From Octopus sinensis (Eukaryota): a stretch of 64,000 bases of DNA. The notes under the pieces were generated by a model. The model searched no databases and had not been told where the DNA came from. It saw nothing but the letters and a program-made list of their open reading frames with translations. The translations under genes and the position numbers were made by a program. The stretch spans positions 10,974,001-11,038,000 of the forward strand of contig NC_043008.1 in NCBI RefSeq assembly GCF_006345805.1. The letters run 5' to 3'. Shown here in pieces: positions 1-12,710 of this stretch (positions are counted from its first letter, which is position 1; each line of letters opens with the position of its first letter).

Positions 1-1148
1 CATTTTGTGTTTATGGTAACTATTTCGTTTCTATAAGCTCCAATCGTTACTGTGATTATATTCTCCATTCAATTTAGAATATGCATTTTTTAAATTCATT
101 TTCCAAATTGAGACAGTAAAAAAAATAAACCATAAGAATTACATTTGTAATTAGAATCAAATTGTTATATTAGTAGTAATTACAGAATTTGTCTATTAAG
201 ATAACCAGATCGCTCTAGTAGAGCGTTTTGTTTTCCAAACATTCTGTTCAGTCTTCAAATATTTTGTCTTTCCTTCTTCCCATCACGCATTGATGATAGG
301 GAAAATATAGTCAAAATATAAAGAAGTGATACGAAAATAATATGGCCACTGAGAAGTAAAGCCTACTGACCACTTCAGCAATTATTAAAAGAGAAGGTAA
401 TCAATTGTACACCAACATCTAAAACTTATGATAATCAATAAATAAATCGATACTCTTTAATAAATTAAAAAATATAATGAAAAATGGTGATGTCTGTTTT
501 TTTTTTCTACCAAGATTTGTTAATTATATTTCTTTCGGTGATTATTTCACGGCTAGGTTGAGCAGTTTCCTTTGAAGATATTTAATAACATCATTTAAAG
601 GAAATACTCACTTCGAATTTTATTTTCTGCTAATTTCATTAATAAGTTTTGAAGGCTTTCAAAATTAACAATTCTTCGTTCAACTTATTTTAAAATCTGT
701 TCTTTGTCATGTTTAATTACATTTTACTTTTGAAATAAAATCTTCGGTAAAAAATTATTGATATTATAAATAAATATTGAAAAATCAGGAAACTGCTTGC
801 ATAGGGTACTGTAAATATAGTCTGCTCCTTATAAACATCCGTTAGTTTTCGGAAAGCTATGAACAAACATGTTCCATCTTTCACTTGCAAATTTTTAATC
901 TTGTAGAAATATATGCAATCGGTGTTTCGATATCGTGGTTACAAAAGAGTTCAGCATTAAATACTGTAGTTCGATGTTGTAGAATCCTTTTTCAAGACCA
1001 ATATTAATTGGGAGGAAGTTAACCAAGAAGCGATGCCCATTTGGCGTGGAATAAACGCGAAGACAAAACTATATATTTACAATTAATATTCTTAAATATT
1101 TGTTATTTGTTAATCTGGGGGAAAAGGCGTACTGTAATAGTAATATAT

Positions 1149-1371
1149 ATTTCTTTACTACCCACAAAGGGCTAAACACAGAGGGGACAAACAAGGACAG
1201 ACAAGCGGATTAAGTCGATTACATCGACCCCAGTGCATAACTGGTATTTAATTTATCGACCCCAAAATGATGAAAGGCAAAGTCGACCTCGGCGGAATTT
1301 GAACCCAGAACGTAACGGCAGACGAAATACCGCTAAGCATTTCTCCCGGCGTGCTAACGTTTCTGCCAGCT
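1149..1371 (-). mobile_element. tRNA-derived SINE, family A (GGCGAGCTGGCAGAAACGTTAGC head; ...GTAAAGAAATA tail)
   Basis: Reverse complement matches the other family A copies in the window (e.g. 4230-4460, 59191-59420), including the A-box-like TGGCAGAAACGTTAGC and B-box-like GGGTTCAAATTCC. Confidence 0.9.
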
Positions 1372-2502
1372 AAATGCAATTAGGAATATTGTAAGTCGAC
1401 ATATTTCGGGAAGCATATCTGGAACGAGTGGCTGTTCTAATGCTTAACAATTAACTGAAATGCCGAGACAAATTTTAAATAATATTATAGACCTGCTTAT
1501 TAATAAGCAAGCGATTAGTCTTGCTGTGTAAATAAACAAAACCTCATTACTATAATTGTTCAATTCTTTCTTCTGTGAGTATCAAGCGTGCACATCTGAA
1601 TATATTTACAGCTTATTCACACAAATACTGTGTCTCTTAGCTAATATGCATTGGCAACGAATGTATAGATATGCAAGTGAATAAAATCGGTACCTGTTTT
1701 TTTATCATTTATCTGTTAAGATTTCCTTGTTCCCGGCATTGAACTGCGGTCATGCTACGGCACCACTTTGATGGGTTTACTTGTACAGCTCAACGTCAGT
1801 GCATATTTTTAAAGCCAGCACTTATTCTATCACGTTTTCATGTGCTTTAATCACATTCCATCCCTCTATATTTATGTGTGAGGGTTGGTTTATCTGTGTG
1901 TGTGTGTGTGTATGTATATGTATGCGTGTGTATATGTGTGTGTGTACGCGTGTGTGTATAAATGAAAGAGAACACTTTTAATGAGCTGGTAATCACCTGA
2001 AGAAATGAGTCGAATTATTCTTCAGCTGGTTTTGCAGAGATCGCTACATGGCTTAAACACAGTTATGCTTATAGATTTACAAATAACTTATAATTTATAG
2101 CGTAGATCTGATGAACTGAGACAAAACAGGGCTGACAAGAGCAGATGAGATGCTTGTATAAAGTGAAACGAAGATGTGTGGTTGTATGAAACAAATAATG
2201 TTACCTCAATAGATACTGCTGTTTGTTATTTCTTTTGGAGTTCACTGTTGAGGGAGGTCTCTCAACACCCCCACAGACTACACGATACTACATAACTATA
2301 CAGATACATTCTAAATGAGGGTCTCATGTAGCAGGAGCCGGATCAAACCTCAATAGTGTGCGCATATACAATGTTCAAACCGAGACAGAACCCTGGCGCA
2401 ATAAATTTAACAAATGAATGATAAAGTGTCTTGCCACTGTGTCATGCCTGTGTATAAAGTTTGCAACCGACGGGTATATTGATTGAGACACCATATCTAA
2501 GT

Positions 2503-2890
2503 GGAGGCGCAATGGCCCAGTGGTTAGGGCAGCGGACTCGCGGTCGTAGGATCGCGGTTTCGATTCCCAGACCGGGCGTTGTGAGTGTTTATTGAGCGAA
2601 AACACCTAAAGCTCCACGAGGCTCCGGCAGGGGATGGTGGTAATCCCTGCTGTACTCTTTCACCACAACTTTCTCTCACTCTTTCTTCCTGTTTCTGTTG
2701 TACCTGTATTTCAAAGGGCCGGCCTTGTCACTCTCTGTGTCACGCTGAATATCCCCGAGAACTACGTTAAAGGTACACGTGTCTGTGGAGTGCTCAACCA
2801 CTTACACGTTAATTTCACGAGCAGGCTGTTCCGTTGATTCCGATCAACCGGAACCCTCATCGTCGTAACCGACGGAGTGCTTCCAAAAAA
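2503..2890 (+). mobile_element. tRNA-derived SINE, family B, tail type 1, full length with TSD
   Basis: Head GGAGGCGCAATGGCCCAGTGGTTAGG...GGTTTCGATTCCC and short A tail. TSD ATATCTAAGT at 2493-2502 and 2891-2900. Near-identical to the inverted copy at 18946-19326. Confidence 0.92.
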
Positions 2891-3035
2891 ATATCTAAGT
2901 GAATGTCTATCATGGGAGATAACTCTCCTCCGCCAGATGACAATTTTGTGTTTTAGTGGCTTTTCGTTCCGTAACCTTCTTTAACTCGTGTTTCAGATTC
3001 ATCTGGGTCCAGCTAACAGTAATACCTACGAGAGT

Positions 3036-3351
3036 GGAGGCACATGGCCTAGTGGTCAGAGTAGCGGACTCGCGGTCGAGGGATCGCGGGTTCGAATTTC
3101 TCACCGGGCAATGTGTGTGTTTATGAGCGAAACACCTAAGCTCCAGGCAGCTCCAGCAGAAGATAATGGCGAACTTCTGCTGACTCTTTTGCCACGACTT
3201 TCTCTCTCTCTTTCCTCCTGCATCTTGCAGCTCACCTGCGGAGGACCGGTGTCCCGTCCAGGTGGGGAACCTATACGCCAAGGAAACCGGGAAACCGGCC
3301 CTATGAGCCCGGCGTGCCTCGAGAAGGAACAACAGCAAAAAAAAAAAAAAA
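3036..3351 (+). mobile_element. SINE family B, tail type 2 (…CTCGAGAAGGAAC + poly-A)
   Basis: tRNA-like head and core shared with 2503-2890, but a different 3' half. Homologous to the inverted copy at 39126-39423. Poly-A tail; probable TSD TA(C/T)CTACGAG. Confidence 0.88.
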
Positions 3352-3811
3352 ACTATCTACGAGCAGGTTTGCAGTGATAGAAATGATGGAGACAATAAAC
3401 AGCATCACTGTGAGATAGCGCTTGTGTTACGCAGCTGCCTAATTTTGATGATCGGCTAAATTCTCTTTCCAGATGTGATCCACGATATTTGTATTTGTTT
3501 TAGCAAAGGTATTTTATATATATATATATATATTGCGGAGTTGGACGTGCATAGCAAGTGACCTCTTCTGAGATCGTGTGTTGAATCAAAAACAATTTCA
3601 GAGTGAAAGGTAATGCAAAATCCATTAAAAAAACACACAATTAGATTCACTTTAACACTTAAATTTAATTTGCCAAAATATTTTCGATGCTTTGAGACCT
3701 GATCACTGATAAAATTCCGTGCTGCAAATTAAATTTAAACGTTGAAGTGAATCTGACGGTCTTTGTGTTTTTAAAGGGCTTATAAACACCTTCCATGCTG
3801 CAATTGTTGTA

Positions 3812-3851
3812 TATACATATCTATATATATATATGTTTGTATATATGTATG

Positions 3852-3924
<73 letters not shown>

Positions 3925-3970
3925 ATATATATATATGTATATATATATGTATACATATTTGTATATCTGT

Positions 3971-4001
<31 letters not shown>

Positions 4002-4058
4002 GTAATATATATGTATACATATGTGTATATATGTATTATATATGTATGTATATATATG

Positions 4059-4092
<34 letters not shown>

Positions 4093-4225
4093 ACATATAT
4101 ATACATATATATATGTATATTATATATATATATACATATATATACATACATACATATATATATGAACTCTAAATTTGACTAATATATATACATATATTAA
4201 AAACACATATATATATACATATATA
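3812..4225. repeat. Compound (TA)n/(TATG)n microsatellite
   Basis: Directly visible. Confidence 0.95.
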
Positions 4226-4229
4226 AAAA

Positions 4230-4460
4230 GGCGGCGAGCTGGCAGAAACGTTAGCACGCTGGGCGAAATGCGTAGCTGTATTTCGTCTGTCGTCACGTTC
4301 CGAGTTCAAATTCCGCCGAGGTCGACTTTGCCTTTCATCCTTTCGGGGTCGATAAATTAAGTACTAGTTACACACTGGGGTCGATATAATCGACGTAATC
4401 CGTTTGTCTGTCCTTGTTTGTCCCGTCTGTGTTTAACCCCTTGTGGGTAGTAAAGAAATA
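4230..4460 (+). mobile_element. SINE family A, full-length monomer
   Basis: Runs from GGCGGCGAGCTGGCAGAAACG to GTAGTAAAGAAATA and sits inside a TA microsatellite. Confidence 0.92.
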
Positions 4461-4511
4461 TATATATACATATACATTATACATATGTGTGTAATACCGT
4501 TGCACACACAC

Positions 4512-4561
<50 letters not shown>

Positions 4562-5094
4562 CAAAGGTATTACACACATATGTATAATGTATATGTATAT
4601 ATATTAGTCAAATTTAGGGTTCAGCAAAAATTTGCTTCACCACATACAGAAATTTAGAAATAGCAGCGAAAACTAGCTATTTCTCTACCATAAGAAAATC
4701 TCCCAGACAACAATACTCAACACCCCACGTAGGCAAAGAGAAAAAAAATAAAGTATTCTCCTGGCAATTGATTAACTGTAGAACGTTTTGGAGTTAGATA
4801 GATGTGAAAAATGCAAAAAACACATTTCCACTCTATCATTATTATTATTGATTATATATATATATACACATCCTTTCTTTCCTTCCCTGAGCGTCAGTAA
4901 TTGCTAGGCCTTGTATTTTCACTTGAATCAATTAATACCTGAAACGAGTCATGAAAATATATAGCTATTGCTATTTTCATATATAATTTATAAGTTTTTA
5001 CAGATATATTGTTGGAAAAGTGCATGACAACTTTTCGACATAAGACGACGTAAGTCCATTATTTGGTCTGGTTCGTAAAATACTGTACATTCGA

Positions 5095-5097
5095 CAT

Positions 5098-5176
<79 letters not shown>

Positions 5177-5299
5177 GTATATGTATATATATATATACAC
5201 ATATATATATATATATTATATATATATATATATGCATATACATATATATGATATATATATATGTATATATATATATATACTATATATATATATATATAC

Positions 5300-5345
<46 letters not shown>

Positions 5346-5397
5346 TACATATATACATATATATTTGTATATATATATGTATATACAATATATAATG

Positions 5398-5445
<48 letters not shown>

Positions 5446-5446
5446 G

Positions 5447-5487
<41 letters not shown>

Positions 5488-5500
5488 ATATATAATCTAG
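5095..5500. repeat. (TA)n-rich microsatellite
   Basis: Directly visible. Confidence 0.95.
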
Positions 5501-6619
5501 TTATAAAAAGTATCAGCTGTATAGTTACGATTGTTTCATCAAAAATCTTTATGAAAGGAGTCGTCGGCAATCTGCCGAGATCTTGACCGATAACACAGCC
5601 TAAAGCTAACATCATTAATTATTTACATATGATAACTGTGAACTCCGAAATTCATGCCATTCAACAATGGGAATTGAAATAATTATATTTTTGCTTCGGG
5701 AATGAAACAATCGCGTTTTCTTTGTATGATACATAACAAAACTTTGTATAGCTTCTGATATCATATTTGATGCTAAAAAATATTCTTAGAAATCGTTCGG
5801 TATTGTTAAAAACCTCCAATAAACTCCATTGATTTTGACATCAAAACTACTTTCTTTTTCATATTAGTTGCTTGATATATAATTTACGAAGTAGGCTACA
5901 CAGAAATGTGTAGTTTTTTATTGTTAAAAAGAGAATCAGTTTGTAGCAGAAACACAAAGATTTCAATAGGAATTATTAATTCTTATTGCTCAAAGATAAA
6001 AGAGAAATAGATTATTGGCTTTAAAACAATGCAGCCAAATCCAAAATCCACCGCAGGAATTCTGTGTTATAATTTTAACTCAAGAATATAGGAACAGAAT
6101 AAAAAACAAAAAAGATTCAGACAGAGAGACGCCTGAATAAATGGTTTATATTCTCCAGATTTATTTTTCTTAGATTCGAGTTCGAAAGTCACTATTTTTT
6201 AAATGCATTTAAGTGTGTTTTGAGGGAAATACGATTGCTATCTTTAGCAGATTGTGTAACTACATCGGGGTCCCTTCGTCGGTACGTTGTCGTTTATTAT
6301 CACTTAAGACGGATAGACAAAATTCATCTCCGGTATCTGATACAATTCAACACAGAAAAATCCAGGAAATATCTAAACGGACACCTACAGGAATTGGTTG
6401 TTGTGTCATCATAGATAATCGCTGGTGATCATGCAATATGATCTCGCTTGTATGGTGTCACTTAACAAAACTTAATTCATGAAGATATTTAATCCAAATT
6501 TGCGCATTTATTAGAAAATCGTTGTCATCAAGTAGAAATATTAACGAAGCATCTAAAACATACATGCATGCACACACACACATATATATGTGAGCGTATA
6601 TGTATCTATGTATGTGTCT

Positions 6620-7135
6620 ATAAATCATACATTCAAATTATTTAAGTATTCCTCGTTGAGCTTTCTGTAGGGCAGTACTCGTTGTCTCGAGATCTGGGGT
6701 TCTGTAAAGTAAGTTGGTATTTATTAATCTTGTAGTAACAGTCATATGCAGGTCGAATACTTTGAAAATCCTTATCATATTCTACATGAGGCTATTTACG
6801 GCAGGCCCATACTACAGGTATATGTGCTTTCTGAAGACAGCAGGATAAATAAGCCAACGAGATCAGCCACCTCAGAATCGGGATACCGCTTTCTGATACG
6901 TCGTGTAGTCGGTCGCCATTTATTTGTGGAACAGAATTAAGTTTTTAACACCCTTAGTGATATATATGTACATTGTGCCTGTCGATTTTGTGAAACTTTT
7001 TGCTAAGTTTTTACGCCTTCTGGAGGATTCGATTCCTATATAGACGGAGAGAAATCCATGGATATCGAACTGGATGAAATTGTTGACTAGAGTATTCCCG
7101 ACGCCCCGAAAACAGTTGATCACCTCTGTACGAAC
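6620..7135 (-). mobile_element. Degraded Penelope-like retroelement reverse transcriptase fragment
   Basis: Minus-strand translation across frameshifts gives NFIQFDI-(M)DFSPSI, DSEVADLVGLFIL, IFKVFDLHMTV and PYRKLNEE. These match, in order, the recalled Penelope-like RT motifs FIQFDIVDFYPSI, DGAEVCELVGLFIL, IFKxxGLxITI and PYRKPN. Confidence 0.75.
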
Positions 7136-7317
7136 GCACGCACAGGCACACAGGCACACAGGCACACACGCGCATACACACAAACACACACACGTACACA
7201 CTCACACACAGACACCCCTCCCCCCACACACACATATGTTGCTGTATTCGAAAGTCTATCGAAAGTCTATATTATTCATAGAGTTCATTGAAGTAAAATG
7301 TCAGATATCGGTTATGC

Positions 7318-7725
<408 letters not shown>

Positions 7726-7749
7726 AAGTTAATCCAAACAAGAAAACAC

Positions 7750-7942
7750 TAAAAAGGAAAAAAAAATCACAACAGCGCGAGGACGTGGAACAAATAAAGT
7801 ATTATTGGTCGCTCAGGAAAGAATGGAAGAAGGAGGGTTTAACGTTTCGAGCGGAGCTCTTCGTCGGAAACATAGGAGAAGGAAAGATCAAGAGAAGGGA
7901 AGACAGAGGAAAAAAATCGCCAGTGGTACTCACGAGGTCACA
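7750..7942 (-). mobile_element. Short microsatellite-embedded element with a minimal hammerhead-variant fold (7837-7871), probably Penelope-related
   Basis: Minus strand reads GTTT-CCGACGA-A-GAGC-TCC-GCTC-GAAAC-GTT-AAAC: 4-bp stem I, 4-bp stem II and palindromic AACGTT stem III. Confidence 0.55.
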
Positions 7943-8886
7943 TATATATATTACCAGCATATTATAAATATGTGTATGTGTATGTGTGCATATTTCTTTG
8001 TGTGTGTATATATTTGGAATTTCTTTTTATGCTGCATAGAAAGTTCGTTGGTTAAATTTGTGTCTTGACTGTTTTTTATGTATTGAATAACGAAGAAAAA
8101 AGTTTGAAAATCAATACAATTGAAATTGAATTGATGAAGATTTATTTCATCGAGACTTGATCGATTTTTTGGAAAGAAGACCACAAGAAATACGATTTTT
8201 TATTGCTTGTTTAATTGTCCTGGAAAATAAAAAAAACAAATATACTTTTAAAAGTATGCAATCAACGAAAAAGATTTCATTAAAATATTTCTTTCGAAAA
8301 CAATTTTTAAGCATCGGGAGTAATATTTATTGTATTTTATAAATAACTCTATATACGTATTGCCAAATATACGGCTTTTATAACAAGTTTAAAGTATCGG
8401 AATTTCTGATTTAAAATCTAACAAAACTAGAATCATTGTTATTTCAGTTGATTCAACTGGAATTTTGTTGTCGCTTATTAGATTAAAAATATCTATTTAC
8501 AATATGAAAAAAAAAAAAAACTATTATTTTTTCCCCAACATTAAATAAGAGACCTAGAATTTCCAAATGGCTAACAACATTATTCTTCATTTAATTTCCT
8601 AATGGAAAATAAATGTCAGTTAACGATAAAATTATGACTGTTGGGTTCCTTATTTACTTTCCCTCTTTTTCTTTCCTTATATAATAAATTTATCGTCTAA
8701 TTTTTATTCCGCATCACATTTGGTGAACAATAGCTTTACCAGTTACAGAGTTTAACGGACCCATCACTTGTTCATTGCAATATTGCTTGCGAGAGTGACA
8801 AAGAAATCTCTTACTCGGAGAAGAATACAGCAGAAAGACTATTTTATTACAAAGGGAAATATTAACAGATTCACCCCACGTAGAAA

Positions 8887-8920
<34 letters not shown>

Positions 8921-8924
8921 ACTA

Positions 8925-9060
8925 GGCGTAGGAGTGGCTGTGTGGTAAGTAGCTTGCTTACGAATCACATGGTTCCGGGTTCAGTCCCACAGTCACATGA
9001 CTGAAAGCCTTGTGAGTGGATTTCGTAGACGGAAACTGAAAGAAGCCCGTCGTATATATG

Positions 9061-9093
<33 letters not shown>

Positions 9094-9303
9094 GCGTGTT
9101 TGTATGTCTGTGTTTGTCCTCCCAACATCGCTCGACAACCGATGCTGGTGTGTTTACGTCCCCGTAACTTAGCGGTTCGGCAAAAAAGAGTCCGATAAAA
9201 TAAGTACTAGGCTTACAAAGAATAAGTCTTGAGGCTGATTTGATCGACTAAAAGCGGTGCTCCAGCATGGCCACAGTCACATGACTGAAACAAGTAAAAG
9301 AGT
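8925..9303 (+). mobile_element. tRNA-derived SINE, family C (internal microsatellite, CR1/L2-type tail), with internal rearrangement
   Basis: Aligns to the complete inverted copy at 49861-50264. Tail GCGGTGCTCCAGCATGGCCACAGTCACATGACTGAAACAAGTAAAAGAGTA. Confidence 0.9.
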
Positions 9304-9516
9304 ATCTATATACATATATATATATTGTTGTACCCAGGGGAAGTCATATTTTGTGTATAAAATACATGCATTTTATATTTGGTCTTCACTTCAGTTTAAA
9401 TATAATCCTTTTAGTGTCTTTGTCTAAGGTCTTTCGTCACACATCCTGTGACCTCAACAGTGACTCTCTATTCCACGTGTCTCCTACTTGTTCTGCTTAT
9501 CCTTCTGTCTTTCTTT

Positions 9517-9553
<37 letters not shown>

Positions 9554-9597
9554 CTGCCTTTCTTTCGTATCCTTTAGTTATCCCTCTACAAATCTTT

Positions 9598-9645
<48 letters not shown>

Positions 9646-9869
9646 ACGACCTCGAACCCACAAGAGTAAACAAGCGAGACAGAGACAGGTAGAAACACAG
9701 AAAACTCCACTTGTATTTGGACACTATGCAAATATTCTTTTAAAAAACTTTTCCTTTAATTTTTCTGAAATTTAATTGTTTTCCATACTTACAGTTGAAA
9801 AGTCTCAATGAATGGAATGTTTAGTATAAATTTATTTTAGCATTTTCTATCCTAACTTTTTTCCTATAT

Positions 9870-9922
<53 letters not shown>

Positions 9923-10267
9923 CGTGTGAGTGTATGTATATATCTATATATACATTCGTGACCAGAAGTTTGGAACATTTGTTTTTAAAATTAAAATTGC
10001 TATGCCCGGACCCAATTCGATTCAGATATATATACAACGTATATATTTGGGCATTTTATGTAAAAATTCTAATTTTCAGACCCATGTCCTAAACTTTCAG
10101 CCAAGTATATTAAATATAACTTTGGGGATTTAATATAAAAATTCTAGTTTTCGGACTTGTTTTCCAAAATTTGTGTCACGACTGTATATGTGAATATGTA
10201 TGTGCGTGCATTTGTGTATTGCATGTTACCAGCAGCACTCAAGAGTGATTTCACATTATATATGTAC

Positions 10268-10675
<408 letters not shown>

Positions 10676-11273
10676 ATATGCTAGTGAATGATACATGCCC
10701 AAACCGACAAACACATACATGCACACACGCGCACAACACAAGCTGAAGACTTCACACATCACACACCACTATACGAAGTTGCTTTATTCCAATCCTCGAG
10801 CAATAGTAATAAATATTATAAAGCATATTACATAGCATATAAATGTATATATAATCATGGGGCTTAAATTCAGAATGCAATTATGAATGAAATATAAATG
10901 CTTGGAGTATTCTTACGACAGCCAGAACAAAAACGAGAACGTGAGTTGGAAACAGCCATTTTAATACGTATTGATTGCACGTTTTGAGAGAAGCGTTTCG
11001 CAACGGCTTTCATTTAATATTTCTCAATATATTCAAAGAGGGAATTCAAGAGAGAAAAAAAAACTTGGATAACCAGTTGAAAGAGTGGGAACGTGAATTA
11101 CAGCGTGCAAGCAGTTTAGAGCCTTTCAGTATTAATGTGATAAAAGATGACTCTACATTTATATATTGAGTTCTATGATTTATTACTCCCAATTGAATTA
11201 GCAGAAATTACTACATATACACGCACACACACATCTGTGGAGTGAGTGTGTCTATAATATAACACACGGAGAA

Positions 11274-11670
11274 GGCGGTGAGCTGGCAGAAACGTTAGCA
11301 CACACGTTAGCTCGTAGCCGTACGTTTTGAGTTCAAATTTCGCTGAGGTCGACTTTGCCTTTCATCCTTTCGGGGTCGATAAATTAAGTACCAGTTACGC
11401 ACTGGGTTCGATGTAATCGACTTAATCCGTTTGTCTGTCCTTGTTTGTCCTCTCTGTGTTTAGCCCCTTGTGGGTAGTAAAGAAATAGGTATTTCGTCTG
11501 CCATTACGTTCTGAGTTCAAATTCTGCCGAGGTCGACTTTGCCTTTCATCCTTTCAGGGTCGATTAAATAAGTACCAGTTACACACTGGGGTCGATGTAA
11601 TCGCCTTAATCCGTTTGTCTGTCCTTGTTTGTCCCCTCTATGTTTAGCCCCTTGTGCGCAATAAAGAAAT
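11274..11670 (+). mobile_element. SINE family A head + tandem dimer, with 18-bp TSD
   Basis: The second unit restarts after AAAGAAATAGGTATTTCGTC. Flanks are AATATAACACACGGAGAA (11256-11273) and AATATAACGCACGGAAAA (11672-11689). Confidence 0.88.
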
Positions 11671-12271
11671 GAATATAACGCACGGAAAATATTCAAATAT
11701 GATATGGCTTTCGATTGGGTGCTGGAACCAAGTTAGTTGAAATTCGCATTAAAAAAAGAAATCATAAACCATTAAGTTGGGTAAAGGTAGGAGTTGAAAA
11801 CGACGGTTAATGAAAAAATTATAATCATAAAAATTAAACACTAACAAAATCATATGTCTGTGTCTAGAATAAAACCGTACGTGCTATTAAAATTATTAAA
11901 GTTCCTTTTGCGGTTAATTTGCAAGCAAAAAATATGAAACTTGAATATTTATTTAATGACATTAAATGTTACATGTATAAAGTTATTTAGTTGTAATCAT
12001 GAGTAGAAAACCTGTGTACAGAATTGTATTTGCTCGGAGATGTCTGGTAGATAGTTTTTGAAATTTTATACTGAATTAAATGTGAATACAATTATGTAAA
12101 TAAACAAAATACTCTAAGAAGGCAAATTTGTGTAAGCGAGACAAATGCATATGCATTTACATAGAAGGACGCTCGGTCCTAACAGATGCTGAAGGAAGCA
12201 CTCAGTTAAATGGAAGTCTGATATCGTTTGCAAATTTAAATTTATTTTGTCATCATTGAGTGAAAGATTAA

Positions 12272-12710
12272 GGCAACGAGCTGGCAGAATCGTTAGCACG
12301 TTGGATGATGTGCTTAGCAGTATTTCGTCTGTCTTTACATTCTGAGTTCGAAATCTGCCGAGGTCGACTTTGCTTTTCATCCTTTCGGGGTCGATAAATT
12401 AAGCACCAGTGACGCACTGAGGTCAATGTAATCGACTTAATCCCTTTGTCTGTCCTTGTTTCTCCTCTCTATGTTTAGCCCCTTGTGGGCAATAAAGAAA
12501 TACGTGTCGTTAGCACGTTGGATGATATGTTTAGCAATATTTCCGGCGTCTTTACGTTCTGATTTCAAATTCCTTCATGGTTCACTTTGGCTTTTATCCT
12601 CTCTTTTGGGACAAGATAAAACAAGTACTAGATGAGCATTTGGGGGTCGAGGAAATCGATTAACTCCTTCCCCCAATTTCAAGCCATGTGCTCACGGTAG
12701 AAATGATAAT
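12272..12710 (+). mobile_element. Composite of two family A-related SINE units with different tails
   Basis: Unit 1 ends AAAGAAATA at 12502. Unit 2 restarts at TCGTTAGCACGTTGGATGA and ends in the older CCCCCAATTTCAAGCCATGTGC…GTAGAAA tail. Confidence 0.75.

Noticed and set aside
2503-2580. tRNA genes at SINE heads (also 3036, 8925, 57667 and others)
   Set aside because: They continue into SINE bodies with TSDs and lack a complete acceptor stem, so they are tRNA-derived SINE heads.
6213-6428. Two overlapping short + strand ORFs with a possible acceptor
   Set aside because: There is no convincing donor and no recognisable homology.
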